A DNA stretch of 63,559 nt, counting the filler, from Reticulomyxa filosa (lineage: Eukaryota > Protista > Foraminifera), in the NCBI GenBank assembly GCA_000512085.1. It is 23 parts of 23 records of this genome, joined end to end, with 100 filler letters (N's around TTAATTAATTAA, not from the genome) between each part and the next. Parts side by side here need not be neighbours in the genome. Positions count along the whole stretch, not along the records: positions 51,141 to 52,147 come from ASPP01025733.1; positions 52,248 to 53,942 come from ASPP01002614.1; positions 54,043 to 56,114 come from ASPP01006462.1; positions 56,215 to 57,238 come from ASPP01045865.1; positions 57,339 to 60,357 come from ASPP01002657.1; positions 60,458 to 62,244 come from ASPP01016312.1; positions 62,345 to 63,559 come from ASPP01013650.1; 16 more parts are not named here. The stretch is one strand, 5' to 3'. The notes under the pieces are model-generated. The model had not been told where the DNA came from. It did no database searches and worked only from the letters and a program-made list of their open reading frames with translations. Made by a program: the position numbers and the translations under genes. This document shows, in pieces, positions 51,225 to 63,559 of the stretch (position 1 is its first letter; every line of letters starts with the position of its first letter).

Positions 51225-51900
51225 CGATGCGGAATCTGCAAGTGATAGTGCAAAGTGGTTGTATATCCATACGGAATGACGTTGGAGAACATTCCATCAA
51301 TATTGGCTCAGCAAATGAGTGGTTTGACGCAAGTGAGCGCATACTGAACGAGATTGGACATAGGCTCTTGCGACACGCAAGTGGTAGGATTGATTGCAAA
51401 TAATCCATCGTTGCAATGCAAAGCATGTAGTGTCATACGAACAAGATGACGACATCTAGGAACTGTTTCCGTTTGCTCGCGTGGGTCTGGGCAGCTTGGG
51501 CGTGGTAACGCAAATGACCTTGCAATGCGTGAAGAGTACAACCTGAAGGAAGAAGTGTGCGCCTATTCGCACAAAGCGTTGACGAAAAAGATGGCCGACG
51601 ACTAGTGGCTCAAGCTTACCAGCAAACAAGAGCTGGAACAACCGCAAGGCTTCCATGGATTTGTCGACCCGTTCATTCGCGACTTGAACAAATGCGAGTT
51701 GTTCTATTGTGAGCGAAGGGAACAGGCCCATTTGACAGATAGCAATTATGTCACGTGGAACGATGGCATTGCAGTGGGCAGCAGCTTGTTTACAAAATAT
51801 GCTTCCTCACACTCAAAATGACGCCCCTATCGTTCTCGATTTGTTGCATCACATTCAAAAGTTGCAAATTCCTGCACCCGTACACCGATCGAAAAGCGAT
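51225..51900 (+). pseudogene. L-galactonolactone dehydrogenase / gulonolactone oxidase-type FAD oxidoreductase pseudogene
   Basis: MTLENIPSILAQQMSGLTQVSAY*T..., ELFPFARVGLGSLGVVTQMTLQCV and LLHHIQKLQIPAP resemble GLDH motifs (LQNFASIREQQIGG..QVGAHGTG; ELFHLARCGLGGLGVV; IPAPAPIEQRW). Contains stops, frameshifts and deletions. Confidence 0.7.
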
Positions 51901-52699
51901 TGACAGCACGCAGTATATCCGATCTTTTTTTAAAATATGTATAAATATACATATATATAATTGTTACGTAGAAAGTATACGTTGTTTTTTTAAAAAAAAC
52001 CAATTAAAATAATAATGAGTTCGGCCTATTCTTCCAATGAAAAGAAAATTCATGTGGCTTGTGATTATGTTTTATTTGTCAACACAATATCAGAAAACTC
52101 GAGTTGATATCATCAAGAACTTCGTTTTGTATGAACGTGTGCTTAATNNNNNNNNNNNNNNNNNNNNNNNNNNNNNNNNNNNNNNNNNNNNTTAATTAAT
52201 TAANNNNNNNNNNNNNNNNNNNNNNNNNNNNNNNNNNNNNNNNNNNNTGGATTTCTTTTAACGAATAATCATTATCGTTATTTACTGTTAATTTAGAAAA
52301 TTTTTAAGTTGATACAACCATTAATCAATGAGATTGAAAAACATCTACCAAAAGAATCGACTTCATGCTGAATGACGTCAGGCATTGGAATTTTAATAAA
52401 TCTCACTTTTGGAAATTAATTTTATTCTTAAATTATTGTAAAATGTGATTGATGTTATTCATTTATAAATTAACTATTGTTATCTTTTCACATTTAAAAA
52501 CAAAGACAGTAATAAAAAAATTTCACAGTCTATATTCAAACATCACCGATTTTGGTAATGGAAATTAAATATTTTTTTAAGTTGAAGAAGGTAACCTTCT
52601 TCTAACATGCATTTTTTTAAAGTACAAAAATAGGTCGGATCAAAAGTTGGTTTTCTCACTTCAATTTTTTATTACATGACTTTACTTTCAAAACGAGAA

Positions 52700-53720
52700 A
52701 GAGCTTCCCTGCCAAAACCGGATTGGACCCGATTTAGAGCCATAACATAGCATGTTTGCATAGTATTTCTCCTCTGTTTGTTTTTCTGGCGGCAAAAATT
52801 GGGCACACTTAATTCCATTATCTCTCCCAGTCCTTTGATTTCATAAAGCTGTTGAAATTTGCGTAGATCCCACAAACGAACAGTATTGTCAGCATATTAT
52901 GTTTCTAGCTCTGCTACTTTCATAAGATAAGTAATCAACGTAATTAACAGCACCTTCATGTCCCCGAAGTATATAAATTTTTTTTTACATCATCGTTTTC
53001 CACATCTTGTATTTTCTTCTAATCATTTGCTTTCTCCACACTTATTTTCTCTTTGGGCGATATTTTTTCATCACTTTTTGATTTTATATGCTTTTGCAAT
53101 ATCTTTGTTTCGTAAGTTGTATTCTGCAAATTTGAATCACTGTTGCACTTGTTGTGCACTCTCCCCTCCTTTTGTTTCATCACCACATTCGACCATTTTG
53201 TTTAGTTTATCCGCTTGTAATTGCATTTGTAGTGTTTCGATTATGTATTTGACTATCTTTTTTTTTTAATATAAGTTCATTTATATATTTTAATCTTGTT
53301 GGGGACAGATCAAACAAAACAAGACAAAACTGGGCTAATTTGATCCTGTTTCAGTGAGTTGATATTTTGAATGGCCAGATTGTAATTATACTCCATCTTA
53401 TCAATCAAATGGTCTTGTGATGTACAATGATGGCTCAACTGATTGTATCCAAATTCTCTGAACCAACGACGTGCTCAAGTGACCATTCATGTCCCTTATG
53501 CTTCCTTTGAAATCATATATGACCAGCTTGGAGGCTTGCTGTTCTTCATATTTTCCACAACTTTGCGAATCAAACAAATCTTTCCTCATCTTGATTTGAT
53601 TTCAAAATCCAGTTTTTGTCGAAACAAAACTGTCTAAGAGAAACTGGAGTCACTTTTGTCCCGCTTTCTTCTTTGCTCTTTTCATTCTCGGCTTGACTCA
53701 TGTTGCTATTTTCTGCTTTC
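52700..53720 (-). pseudogene. TRAF-zinc-finger / coiled-coil / WD40 family pseudogene with most WD repeats deleted
   Basis: YDFKGSIRDMNGHL (TRAF-like), coiled coil IIETLQMQLQADKL, terminal WD ADNTVRLWDLRK...LCYGSKSGPIRFW. Many stops. Confidence 0.6.
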
Positions 53721-54164
53721 TACTCTCTTTTTTGTTTATTGATTGCAATATAAAGTTTTCATTTGAAGTTTCCCTTTGACTGTGTTCCACCTGTTTTTTT
53801 TTTTTTACAAATAAGCTGAGCAATTTAATCATAAGTCCTTAATTTATTGATTGGATCTAATGAAAAATTTTTAACAATATTTATGAAATATGTTTCATTC
53901 AAAAACTTGTCTTTTGAAACAATTTTTGAAAAATAAAAACAGNNNNNNNNNNNNNNNNNNNNNNNNNNNNNNNNNNNNNNNNNNNNTTAATTAATTAANN
54001 NNNNNNNNNNNNNNNNNNNNNNNNNNNNNNNNNNNNNNNNNNTTTTTTTTTTTTTTTTTTTTTTTTTTTGTAAAAAAAAAAAAAATAAAAAAAAATTGGA
54101 ATAAAACCAATTTTATTGAATCATTTTTTATGTTAAGTTTTTTTTAAATAAAAAAAATACTTAG

Positions 54165-56114
54165 TAAAATATCCAGAGACGGTCATGGAAGCAAAGAATC
54201 GAAACAACGGTTTCAACGAATTCGTCGAAGCGGAGACGGAGCAATAGTGGATGAAAGTCCTGGATTGCCCTCGGCAAACCCCTCTTTGTGGAAAGGTTCT
54301 TGCTCTTCCGATTCAGTCGGAAGACGATTGTCCACCGACTCGCTCCAAAAATTAAAGCGTGAGATCCACACAGACTCTCGTCCAAACTACGAACAAGACG
54401 ACTTGCAAGAAGATCCCAAGCCATCTGGAGCCAAGTCTCGTCAGCCCGAAAAGAGCGGCGATCCAACGACAAGCAACAACAAAGGCGTTGGAAGAGAGGG
54501 ATTCGACGAACAATCGGCCAAAACAGAAACAGTAACAAATACACAAGCGACGGAGACAAGCGGAAAGAGTGTAAGTGACAAAGGCCACACAATCGACAAT
54601 AACAATAACGAGGACAACAGCGTGAAAGTCACATTGGAAAAAAAAACATTGAATGAAATCGAAAGAAATCCCGTGGAAACGTTGTTGACAGGCGCGGACA
54701 AGAAAGAGAACAAAGGCATTGCAATCGAAGAAAAAGACTCGAAAAACAAGGACAAACTAATGCACGGAATTCCAAGCAATGCTTTCGTAGAAATGCCCTT
54801 TAGTCAAGAGGAACTGATCGATGAATACGCGGGTCATGACAACGAAAGATTTGACTCTTCTTATCCACAACTGTCCAAATCGGAGAGAGATTATAACATC
54901 CTCCCTCGCAACATCACTCCACCACTGCGAGCAGCCCATGGGGAAAATGAAGACGAAGAAGCAGAGGTGCTGTGGGATGATGACAATATCGAGTCGATTC
55001 AAAAAGGAGGGGAGTTTCGATTTCAATATTTGGACAAAGAAAAAGAACAAGAATATCTTAAAATGCATGGCAAATTGCCTAGTGATGTGTATACACTGTC
55101 CATTAATGAATACGAATTGCAACAGCAACAGCAACAGCAACAGCAACAACAACAAACAGCAAGTTCGTTGCATGCAATGTCTGATAATGACATAAAACAT
55201 GCTCGCAAGCCACCCTTTTCCTCAATGGAACATCAGCAACATAAACAACTCTTTCAACCAGATGAACACTCTCCATTGCATTCGCCAATGACACAAGAGA
55301 AAAATATAGATGGATTCTCCTCCACTGGACGAGGTGCAACATCCGCAAGAAAAGCGGAGATTTCATTGCCACAGGCATTGGAAAACGCTGGTGTGTCTGG
55401 CATGATGCTTTCAAACGAGCAGCGCAAACAGGAGTTGGATATCGAACACGAGCCTCAATCGCAAGACCCAACCTTATTTTATGCGATGCAACCTGCCCCG
55501 TTGGCATTGACCGAGGACGACCGTCGTCAGCGTGATTTCAATAAAGCGCGATTGCAACAATATCGCAAATGCGCCCAGCATTATGGCATTTCTCCACCCA
55601 CGACAGATCAAGAACGACATTATCGATATTATTACGGCGACATGTGGGAGAAAGCATATTATAAGCGACAGATATTCAAGAAACAACAGTTACAAGAGCA
55701 ACAAGCGCAACACGGACAAAATGCGCCAACACAAACGCCCATGGATGTGCGGGATTTGCAGCATTACAAACAATACTATTACAGCCAATATCAAAAAATG
55801 GTGCAAAAAGCACAGCAGGATCCGAAATTTGAAGAGTATGTTCGCTATTACGAGAGAAGAGTCAACTACGTTACCAAAAAGCTGAAAGAGTTGGAGTTGA
55901 AACTAGCCACAGGCAATACAAAGTCATTTGGTGGTAATAAGCCTAGTCCAATCACGAATGATCCCATGCTCGCAAGTGGCAAAGTGGATCCGTCGCAGTC
56001 GTCTTTACACTCGGCTTCAAAAGGAGGAGTTACGCCTCTTGCGCAGTCACGCTTGCATTCCAATGAACCGAGCGAGGTCCGATGGTCGCAACAACAGCAA
56101 CAACAACAGCAACA
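54165..56114 (+). CDS. Hypothetical Gln/Tyr-rich, largely disordered protein (internal exon)
   Basis: Open frame of over 620 codons running to the contig end, with polyQ tracts. Confidence 0.75.
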
Positions 56115-56234
56115 NNNNNNNNNNNNNNNNNNNNNNNNNNNNNNNNNNNNNNNNNNNNTTAATTAATTAANNNNNNNNNNNNNNNNNNNNNNNNNNNNNN
56201 NNNNNNNNNNNNNNCACAGCACTGGCACAGTAAA

Positions 56235-57238
56235 TAATGAAGAAAGCCAAACCCCTAAACCCCAAGCAAATACAACACTTCAAAAAATCTGTGAAAGTGC
56301 AAAAAAATGGTCATGCTTTTTCGCATCTTCCATTAACAAACAACAACAACCAGGCAACACTGAACAAACAATGAAAGTTGCAGTAAAGCAACTCAAAAGC
56401 ATCACATGGGTCTTCAACAATGAAGACGAGACAGAAAACATAAAACAAATGATTTCCGTGTCACAACAGCTCGAACAGGCAACAGAAACAGTGTGGACAT
56501 TTGTTAAATTCTCTGAAGGTTCAATAACCGCAGAAAACATTGAGAAAAAAAGCAGCAACAGCGAACCATGGAAAGCAACACACTTCAGATACGTACAAAA
56601 CCGAATACATGAAATAATCATGCAAAACGAATTGTACGACGAAATCCGATTAACCAACATCAAAAGGAGCATCCAAAGAATAACACTAGCACAATGGAGA
56701 GTAACAAACGTAACACAATACGACGGAGTGTTTGTTGTATACATTAACAGGACCAGCGAAAGGGTTTCAAATGAAGAAATACAACCCGATAGTATCCTAA
56801 CAATGTTCAACAAATCCAGCAACACAAAATCCGCAAACACAACCAAAAAACAAAATCTGCAAACACACACAAAAACACACAATGCAACACAAATTAAATC
56901 CGAAAACATCAATAATAACAGCAAAAACAGCAACTCCGAAAACAGCAAAACCGGAAACAGCAATAATAACACAACGTATAATTCCGAAAACGGCAACAGC
57001 AACACGTATAATTCCAGAAACAGCAACACATATAGCCTTCAAAACACACGACACAATAGAAACTTCATTGGACAAATGACAAAGATGGACACAAACAACA
57101 TAAATGATAATACACAAAGACCATTCCAAACAACAAACCTCTACAGCAGCCAACAACAAAGGTTCGATGAAAGGGCCGACCTACGAAAAATGCAACGAAA
57201 TGAAATATTAAATAACAGGCGGCAGCAAATCATAATTA
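56235..57238 (+). CDS. Unidentified ORF with strong A/C strand bias, possibly retroelement gag-like
   Basis: About 1 kb of intronless open frame, very T/G-poor, with an Asn/Ser-rich tail. No diagnostic motif seen. Confidence 0.4.
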
Positions 57239-57439
57239 NNNNNNNNNNNNNNNNNNNNNNNNNNNNNNNNNNNNNNNNNNNNTTAATTAATTAANNNNNN
57301 NNNNNNNNNNNNNNNNNNNNNNNNNNNNNNNNNNNNNNGTCGAGGTTTGGAATCGAATACTACCTCTGTCTTTATTTTATTTTGTTTTATTTTATTTTAT
57401 TTTATTTTGTTTTTTTTTTTGTCCTAGTTTTGTATCGTG

Positions 57440-58116
57440 CATTACTGTCGATTGGATACGTAGCCATCCTCATTTCAATATGTGTGCTTATGCAAAAAAA
57501 AAAAAAAAAAAATTTAAACTGATAGATAGGGTTAGAAACAACACAAACACAAACACAAACTTCGTGCTGGTAATGCCTTCTTGGCTGGTGCAACCCAACC
57601 GTCTCATATGGAATGCCATAGCTTGGTGTCTTTGGTGGGAGGCAGTTTTGCTTATCTTTGTCGACTATCACTACTCGGGTGTCTGCGCGATCTCGACACG
57701 ACTTTTGCTTCATCTTCGTTGCATTGGTGTCTATTGTCACTGTTGCCGCTCTACCGTGAACGGGGGAGTTTGGACTCGTTGATCGGCTTGCCTTGTTCTT
57801 TCATTTGTTTTGTAAAATTGTTGTTATTCTTAATAAATACATTGCAACTGTTTGCCAAACAAAAAAAAAAAAAAATTATCACATTGACACTTTTAGTAAA
57901 ACAAATGAAACGTGGTTCAACTTGTAGTTCATCTGTTGATTTTGTTTTTGACTTTTTTGTTGTCACATTTGAATTCACACTAGTTGTGCTAGTCCTTTCT
58001 TGTCCTCTCTCTTTCTTATTTTCAGAAGCCATTGGAGAATTTATGTCAAAAAAGAAACTTTTATTACAAAAAAAGCTAGCTCCACTGTCATTAAAGGGGA
58101 TCTCACCTTTGTCCAT
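57440..58116 (-). CDS. Hypothetical multi-exon protein, 5' part
   Basis: ATG at 58116 and coding-like segments separated by T-rich intron-like stretches. Confidence 0.3.
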
Positions 58117-58507
58117 GTGAATAAAAAAATTTAATATAGATGTTAGCCATGTTTCTGCGAAAACACTTTTTCGAACTGTGGTTTGACAATTGTATATTTA
58201 CTTATGATTTGATGGATTCCTTTATTGCCAACAGAAAAAGGGGAGAGAAAAAAGCACAATATATTAGAAATTTGTGAAAAAAAAAAGGAAACCTTGCAAA
58301 AAAAAAAACCATGCATCTTTAATTTTTTTAATGGTTGGATGAACAATATTCACAGAGTGCTTGCAAAGAGCAAACAAATAAAAAAAGATGCAAAAATTAC
58401 AAAAAAAGTGGATATTTCTTCTTTTGATAGCAATTAAGACGTGTATCCGTGATAGAGAGGGGAGTGAAGGGGAAGAGGATTTGAATGCAAAGCAAATAAG
58501 TGGACTT

Positions 58508-60357
58508 TCAGACAAGATCTCGCATTTGTAGCCATTTGATAAGTGCCTCTCTGCCATCTTCCTTCAAATAGTCAACCATGATCTGCTTGGACTGTTTTAA
58601 GCCCTCAGTGACAGTTTCTTGTTCTTTCAAAAGAATGTTTAAGTCAACAGCGTGTGAAGTGAGTTCTTCTTTGTTCAAATTTTCCGCTTGTTTTTCTTGT
58701 TTGAGTTTTTCATGAAATGTTTTGAGTTTTTTGTATTCCTGTTCCGTTTGTTTGAATTGCTTTTCCACATGCGTTTTTGCAAAGTTGATTTTCGATGCCA
58801 TTTGACTGTTCTTATTATACACATTGATTGCAACTTTCATCGCCTCTGCATTTTCTTCGGCCGTTTCAGTACGGTGTCTTCCTCCTCCTCGTCGTTGAAC
58901 GCCCATTTGTGACATCTGTTGGTCATGTTTTGCACGTTCCTCTTCTTGTTTTTTTTCCAATTCCTTCTCTTTTTTCAACTCATCACGAAATTCGTCGTCT
59001 GGAATGAACATAAACAAAAAGTCCCTTTTTTTTTTCCCTTCTGCTCTCAGTTCAGTGTTTTATTTGTCCATGAGCATGAATAATTTATATATATATGTAT
59101 ATGTATATACCAAGTTCGTTCATCAAGTCCATAATGGAATCATCCAAAACTCCCATTAAAGCGGTTGCGACTTGGTCATCCATTTGGACAGGCTGTGTGC
59201 GTGGACTTCCAGTGGCAGCGGGATCCTGGATAAGTCCTCCAGTATCGTGTGCTTTCTCCACCTGTTCGACTTTGATTTTCATTTGTTGTTGTTTTTTTGG
59301 ACGAATGGGTAGTCCACTTTTCGATCGTTCAATCGCTTCTCTTGTCTTTGCAATTTGTCTTTCCAAGTCGTCAATGGTTTCATTGTTGTCATCAATTACT
59401 TTTTCCTTTGTAATGTATTTATGATAATTTAAAATAATAATAATTATTACTATAAAAGTATTAAAAATTATATTTTTAGTGTGATCAAAAAAAAAAAAAA
59501 AAAACTCATTAAACTTGTCGTTCCACATGACTTCGCAACTCATTGACCAAGACTTCCCAATTGACTTTTCCTTTCATGGCGACAGGCTTGACTTTGACCA
59601 TCCCCGCAGTGACGGCAAACTTCAGCGTGGACTCGGTGGCCTTGGCGTTGTTGATCGACGGCGACAAAGTGAAGAGCACGCTCAAGTACGTGCGGGTGTT
59701 AATGTAGGGATGAAGGACGCGACGCAGCCCATTGCCAATGGCCTTGGAGAGCTCGCCTTTTTGCTTCAATTGGTTGAAGACCACTTGCAATTGCGACAAG
59801 CCCGTGTTGATCGTGCCTGCCTCCAATCTCCTCGCCATCAACGTCTGCTGGTCCACCATGGCCTTGAACTCGGGCGTAAACGCAGTCTCGCCCTCGCTTC
59901 CGGCGCAATCCACCATTACAAAATATGACACTATCGTCTCATGCTTTGTTTTCACTTGCTTGATCCTGGCCACAAATGTCACATGTCCTCGCGACGATTC
60001 TGGGTTCTTGCCTGTCGGGGCAAAATGACTTGCCGCATGGGCATACTGCAATCCACAATTTGGCAACGACAACAACAAACAAGAAGAATTAATTTAAAAG
60101 TTTACAAAATAGACACAAAAGTCCCCCCCTTTTTTTTTTTAAAAAAAAAAAGGGGGAAAGAACTTTTTTTTTAAAAAAAAAAACAAAACGATAATTTTAT
60201 CGTGGGCGTCGATTGCATCTTTAATGGTAACGGTGTTGGCTTTCATCATGTCCAAACTGGTGTTGCCCTTCTTTTCTGACCACAACAGCGCTTGATTGTC
60301 CGCGTCGTACAAGTCAAACAACTCAATCTTTGCCACATGATGTCCAAACGCTTCCAC
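58508..60357 (-). CDS. Divergent kinesin (C-terminal half of motor + coiled-coil stalk), 5'-truncated
   Basis: Switch I TGKNPESSRGH, switch II MVDCAGSE, EAGTINTGLSQL and LSPSINNAKATESTLKFA. Exons 60190-60357, 59515-60045, 59111-59405 and ~58508-59040 splice in frame. Confidence 0.88.
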
Positions 60358-60457
60358 NNNNNNNNNNNNNNNNNNNNNNNNNNNNNNNNNNNNNNNNNNN
60401 NTTAATTAATTAANNNNNNNNNNNNNNNNNNNNNNNNNNNNNNNNNNNNNNNNNNNN

Positions 60458-60494
<37 letters not shown>

Positions 60495-60544
60495 AGGAAA
60501 GGTAAGAGAATTACATAATATGTACATATTGTATGTATAAACCT

Positions 60545-61842
60545 GCTTTCCCAGTCAAAACATCGTCGACTTCAATTTCCAAGACGTGATCACTTTCATA
60601 CATCAACTTGTTTGCGTACATAGCGATGCGCGAGGGCGCAGGCAGATCATTTTCATCCGTTTCCGGATGTGGCAGCCCGGCAGCGGCCATGTAGATTTCA
60701 TTAATGGTTTCGACTTTGAAGATTTTGTAATGTTCGGTCAAGAGGTCCCAGTACGTGAACACGTCGTTGAGTACCTTGACCAGATGGGCCGGTCGCAATG
60801 TGGCCACCAAGTGATGGAACTCGCAGATCTGACAGAACAGCACGCACACGCCGGTGCGTTCCGGCGAAGGGGCATTGGGGTTGTATACGTTGCGAAAGGC
60901 GACACGCTTACCCGACTGCTGTAATGCTCGCGCGACATTGGGCGGCAGCAAGGTGGACAAGGCCGTCCACGACTTTTGCTTTTGCACTTGCAACACTTGC
61001 TTCTTCACAAACTGTCGTCGCGCCCCAAACTCGAGGAAGATGCCCATCACAGCTAGGAATATCGTGGTGCCCACTAAGAAGGCCATCGACTTGACCAGCA
61101 CGTTCCAGTCTGCTACGTACGGACTGTTTGGGGAGTTGGACACCCACAACACCACCACGCTGAACGACACTGAAATGCCTGTGCAGATCGCCGTTGCTCG
61201 AATGTGGCCCATGCCGGATAGCAAGTGGCAGCAGAACATCAACACGATGTAAATCCCATGTCCCGGCTCTTGTCCCAATGCACTTATCACCAATGAGTAC
61301 CCAACCAAAAAGATGTTGAACCACATCATTGACGTCACCTGCTTGTCTTCAAACCGCTTACTCCAAAATATTATACCAAATGTTATTATCGATATGCATG
61401 CCAAAGCACGTAAAAAAAGGGCCACTTTTTCAACCAACAACAAAAAAAAAAAGTTATAAACACAAATGAACATATACATAATTATATATATGTACATATA
61501 CATATATATGTACATATATATATATATATGTATATGTATTACCTACCTAGCCTTGCACCATCACTTGGCATGTTTTGGACATCATACAACGGATAAACGA
61601 CAATGTTTAAAATGAATGCCATTACCAAATAAATTTTTGGACAAGCTGACATGCTGTTTCAGAAAGTGATTTTGGAAGCGTTGTTCCAGTTGCTTGTTTT
61701 TGAACCTTTGGACGATAAAGTGTTTTTTCCACGAGTTGTAGTTGAAGTTTTCCAACTCTTTTTCGCTGACCATGCCAAAGTTGGTTTTCTTCGTACCTTT
61801 TTTTTTTTGTTCGTTGAGCCGTACTTTAATTGTTCTTGTTGC

Positions 61843-61882
<40 letters not shown>

Positions 61883-62170
61883 GCAGTTGTTGTTGCTCTT
61901 GCAATGCCAACTCTTTGCGATTGTGATGGATTGTCAACGTCGGCTCTGTCCTCGACGTCATACTCTTTTCGTCCAGCCCCACGTGATTAACGACTGACGG
62001 CGTTTGCTTGCCACCAAAGTGGTTGCTCGTGCGCATCTTCATGGCCAATGCATTGACGGCACTTGCATTAGCGTCGATGGTGATATCATGAAGAGCACTA
62101 TAAGCAGTGGGATGAGGATGATCGGGATTATTGTTGCTATTGTGATCGAGTATAGCAGCAGTAGTCACAT
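60545..62170 (-). CDS. Multi-pass membrane class III nucleotide cyclase, internal fragment
   Basis: About five TM helices, then LSTLLPPNVARAL...VCVLFCQICEF...LVKVLNDVFTYWDLLTEHYKIFKVETINEIYMAAAGLP. Upstream are a polyQ linker and a RFKNKQLEQRF motif. Confidence 0.85.
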
Positions 62171-62599
62171 TATGATTAGGAGTATTATGACTGTGGTTGT
62201 GATTGTGATTATAAATATGGTTTGTAGTAGTAGTAGTAGTAGTANNNNNNNNNNNNNNNNNNNNNNNNNNNNNNNNNNNNNNNNNNNNTTAATTAATTAA
62301 NNNNNNNNNNNNNNNNNNNNNNNNNNNNNNNNNNNNNNNNNNNNAATTCTTTAAAAATTGACACGCACACACACACACACACACATGGCTTTCCAAACAT
62401 TTAATCTACAGATGAAATTGCACATTTAATTTTTTTTAATAAACTTTTTCTACATTCCTAATGCTTGCCTTCTTTTTATTTGCACAATAATGCATATACA
62501 TACATTTACATATACATATACATATACATACGTGTAAGTAATGTTATATTAGTTGTATACATATGTGCGCATGAATTAGTGGACAAATTGTATTAACGT

Positions 62600-63535
62600 G
62601 TTTGTGATGACACAACAGAGGCATGTTTTACAATCCACAGTGGGAACTTTGCCTTTTCCAGGAGATATGAGGCTAATGGTAACATTGGCATGTCTCATCA
62701 CAAAAGTGCTATTTCAAGGAGTCTTGTGTCTGGTGCCACTGTGGTTCGTTAAAGTTTTTTTTTTTTTTTTTTTAATACGATGCACTTTTTGCACGTAAAA
62801 CATTGATGAGCTATTAAGATACGAAGCGAGAGGAGGAGGAGGAAGAGGAGGGAGGGGAAAAGAAAAAAAAAATGATAATGTTGAATTTTGCACAATGTAA
62901 CTTTGCGCATAATGTGTACATATGTATGTGTGTGTATGTGGAAAATACCAACCGATCTCGGACAAACGATAACAAAAAGACCCCAAAGTTTGACGTGAAG
63001 GTTTGTGGTGAGCGTGCGCCGAAGAGTATGTCAATTGATTTTTTTGACATCGATTCGCAGACACAGCTCACTTTGACTATATCATCAGTAAGGCTTACAT
63101 AAGTATATGTATATACGTATACATTAATTACAATTTGCATATTTGCCTTTGTCCAATAAAAGAAGAGAGAGAGAGAGAGAGAGGGTGAGATGTGGCAATC
63201 ACAAAAAAATTTATATTGAAGCAAATTTTTTTTTATTTATTTTGTTTTGTTCTAAAGATAATGTCCATACAGAATATCCACAATACGATGGACATTCTAC
63301 ACACGCAAATAAACAAATAACAACAAAAGGAAAATGGTATGTATCAACAAATCTCCGTGCCAAATTACGGAATATTGAATGTGCAGTGTATAACCATTGC
63401 AGCACCAGCAGTAATAAGTTTGCTAAAACGGTTAAAGTCATCGTTACTGTGTCCTACAGTTTTCTAATTAGTCTTTCCGCTATCTCCTTTTTAGTTGTCT
63501 GCTTTGCCATTTATTCTTCCTACCAACGCTATCGC
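62600..63535 (-). other. Possible exon fragments of an unidentified or decayed gene
   Basis: Short coding-like patches between microsatellite-rich intron-like segments. No family recognised. Confidence 0.2.
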
Positions 63536-63559
63536 TGTTTCGTATTCAATTTTTTTTTT

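Noticed and set aside
56248-56263. AAACCCCTAAACCCC as a telomeric repeat
   Set aside because: Only two imperfect units, inside an open frame.
6546-62344. Recurring palindromic TTAATTAATTAA as a CRISPR-like or biological repeat
   Set aside because: It is always centred between two runs of 44 Ns, so it is an artificial six-frame-stop linker. ORFs ending in XXXLIN or XXXN are artefacts of it.

Overview
This is AT-rich eukaryotic nuclear DNA, not one locus. It consists of 23 short contig pieces joined by 22 identical artificial 100-bp linkers (N44-TTAATTAATTAA-N44, which gives stops in all six frames), so adjacency across linkers means nothing. Short GT-AG introns, long homopolymers, and expanded WD40, TPR, TRAF, G-alpha and kinesin families with many pseudogenes resemble the foraminiferan Reticulomyxa filosa draft genome (recognition, not verified). 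Recognisable genes are TECR, a C2H2 protein, a G-alpha, a PPPDE/LRAT-fold protein, POLR3E, a GYF_2 protein, several WD40 genes, a PDZ protein, a Methyltransf_32-like enzyme, a membrane RING protein, a secreted C-type lectin, TIM50, a divergent kinesin and a membrane class III cyclase. Pseudogenes include dynein heavy chain, a GLDH-like oxidase, a CAP-Gly gene, RING-TRAF-PCMT, TRAF-WD40 and a LINE ORF1 remnant. Three signals stand out. (1) A beta-grasp/metazoan-type pseudo-caspase/TPR gene sits head-to-head with a WD40 gene, resembling an innate-immune sensor pair. (2) A symmetric phase-0 exon module is reused on different WD40 subfamilies. (3) In two separate contigs, long imperfect inverted repeats bracket intron-containing decayed genes, resembling Pack/foldback gene capture. 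All assignments are by eye, with no database search.
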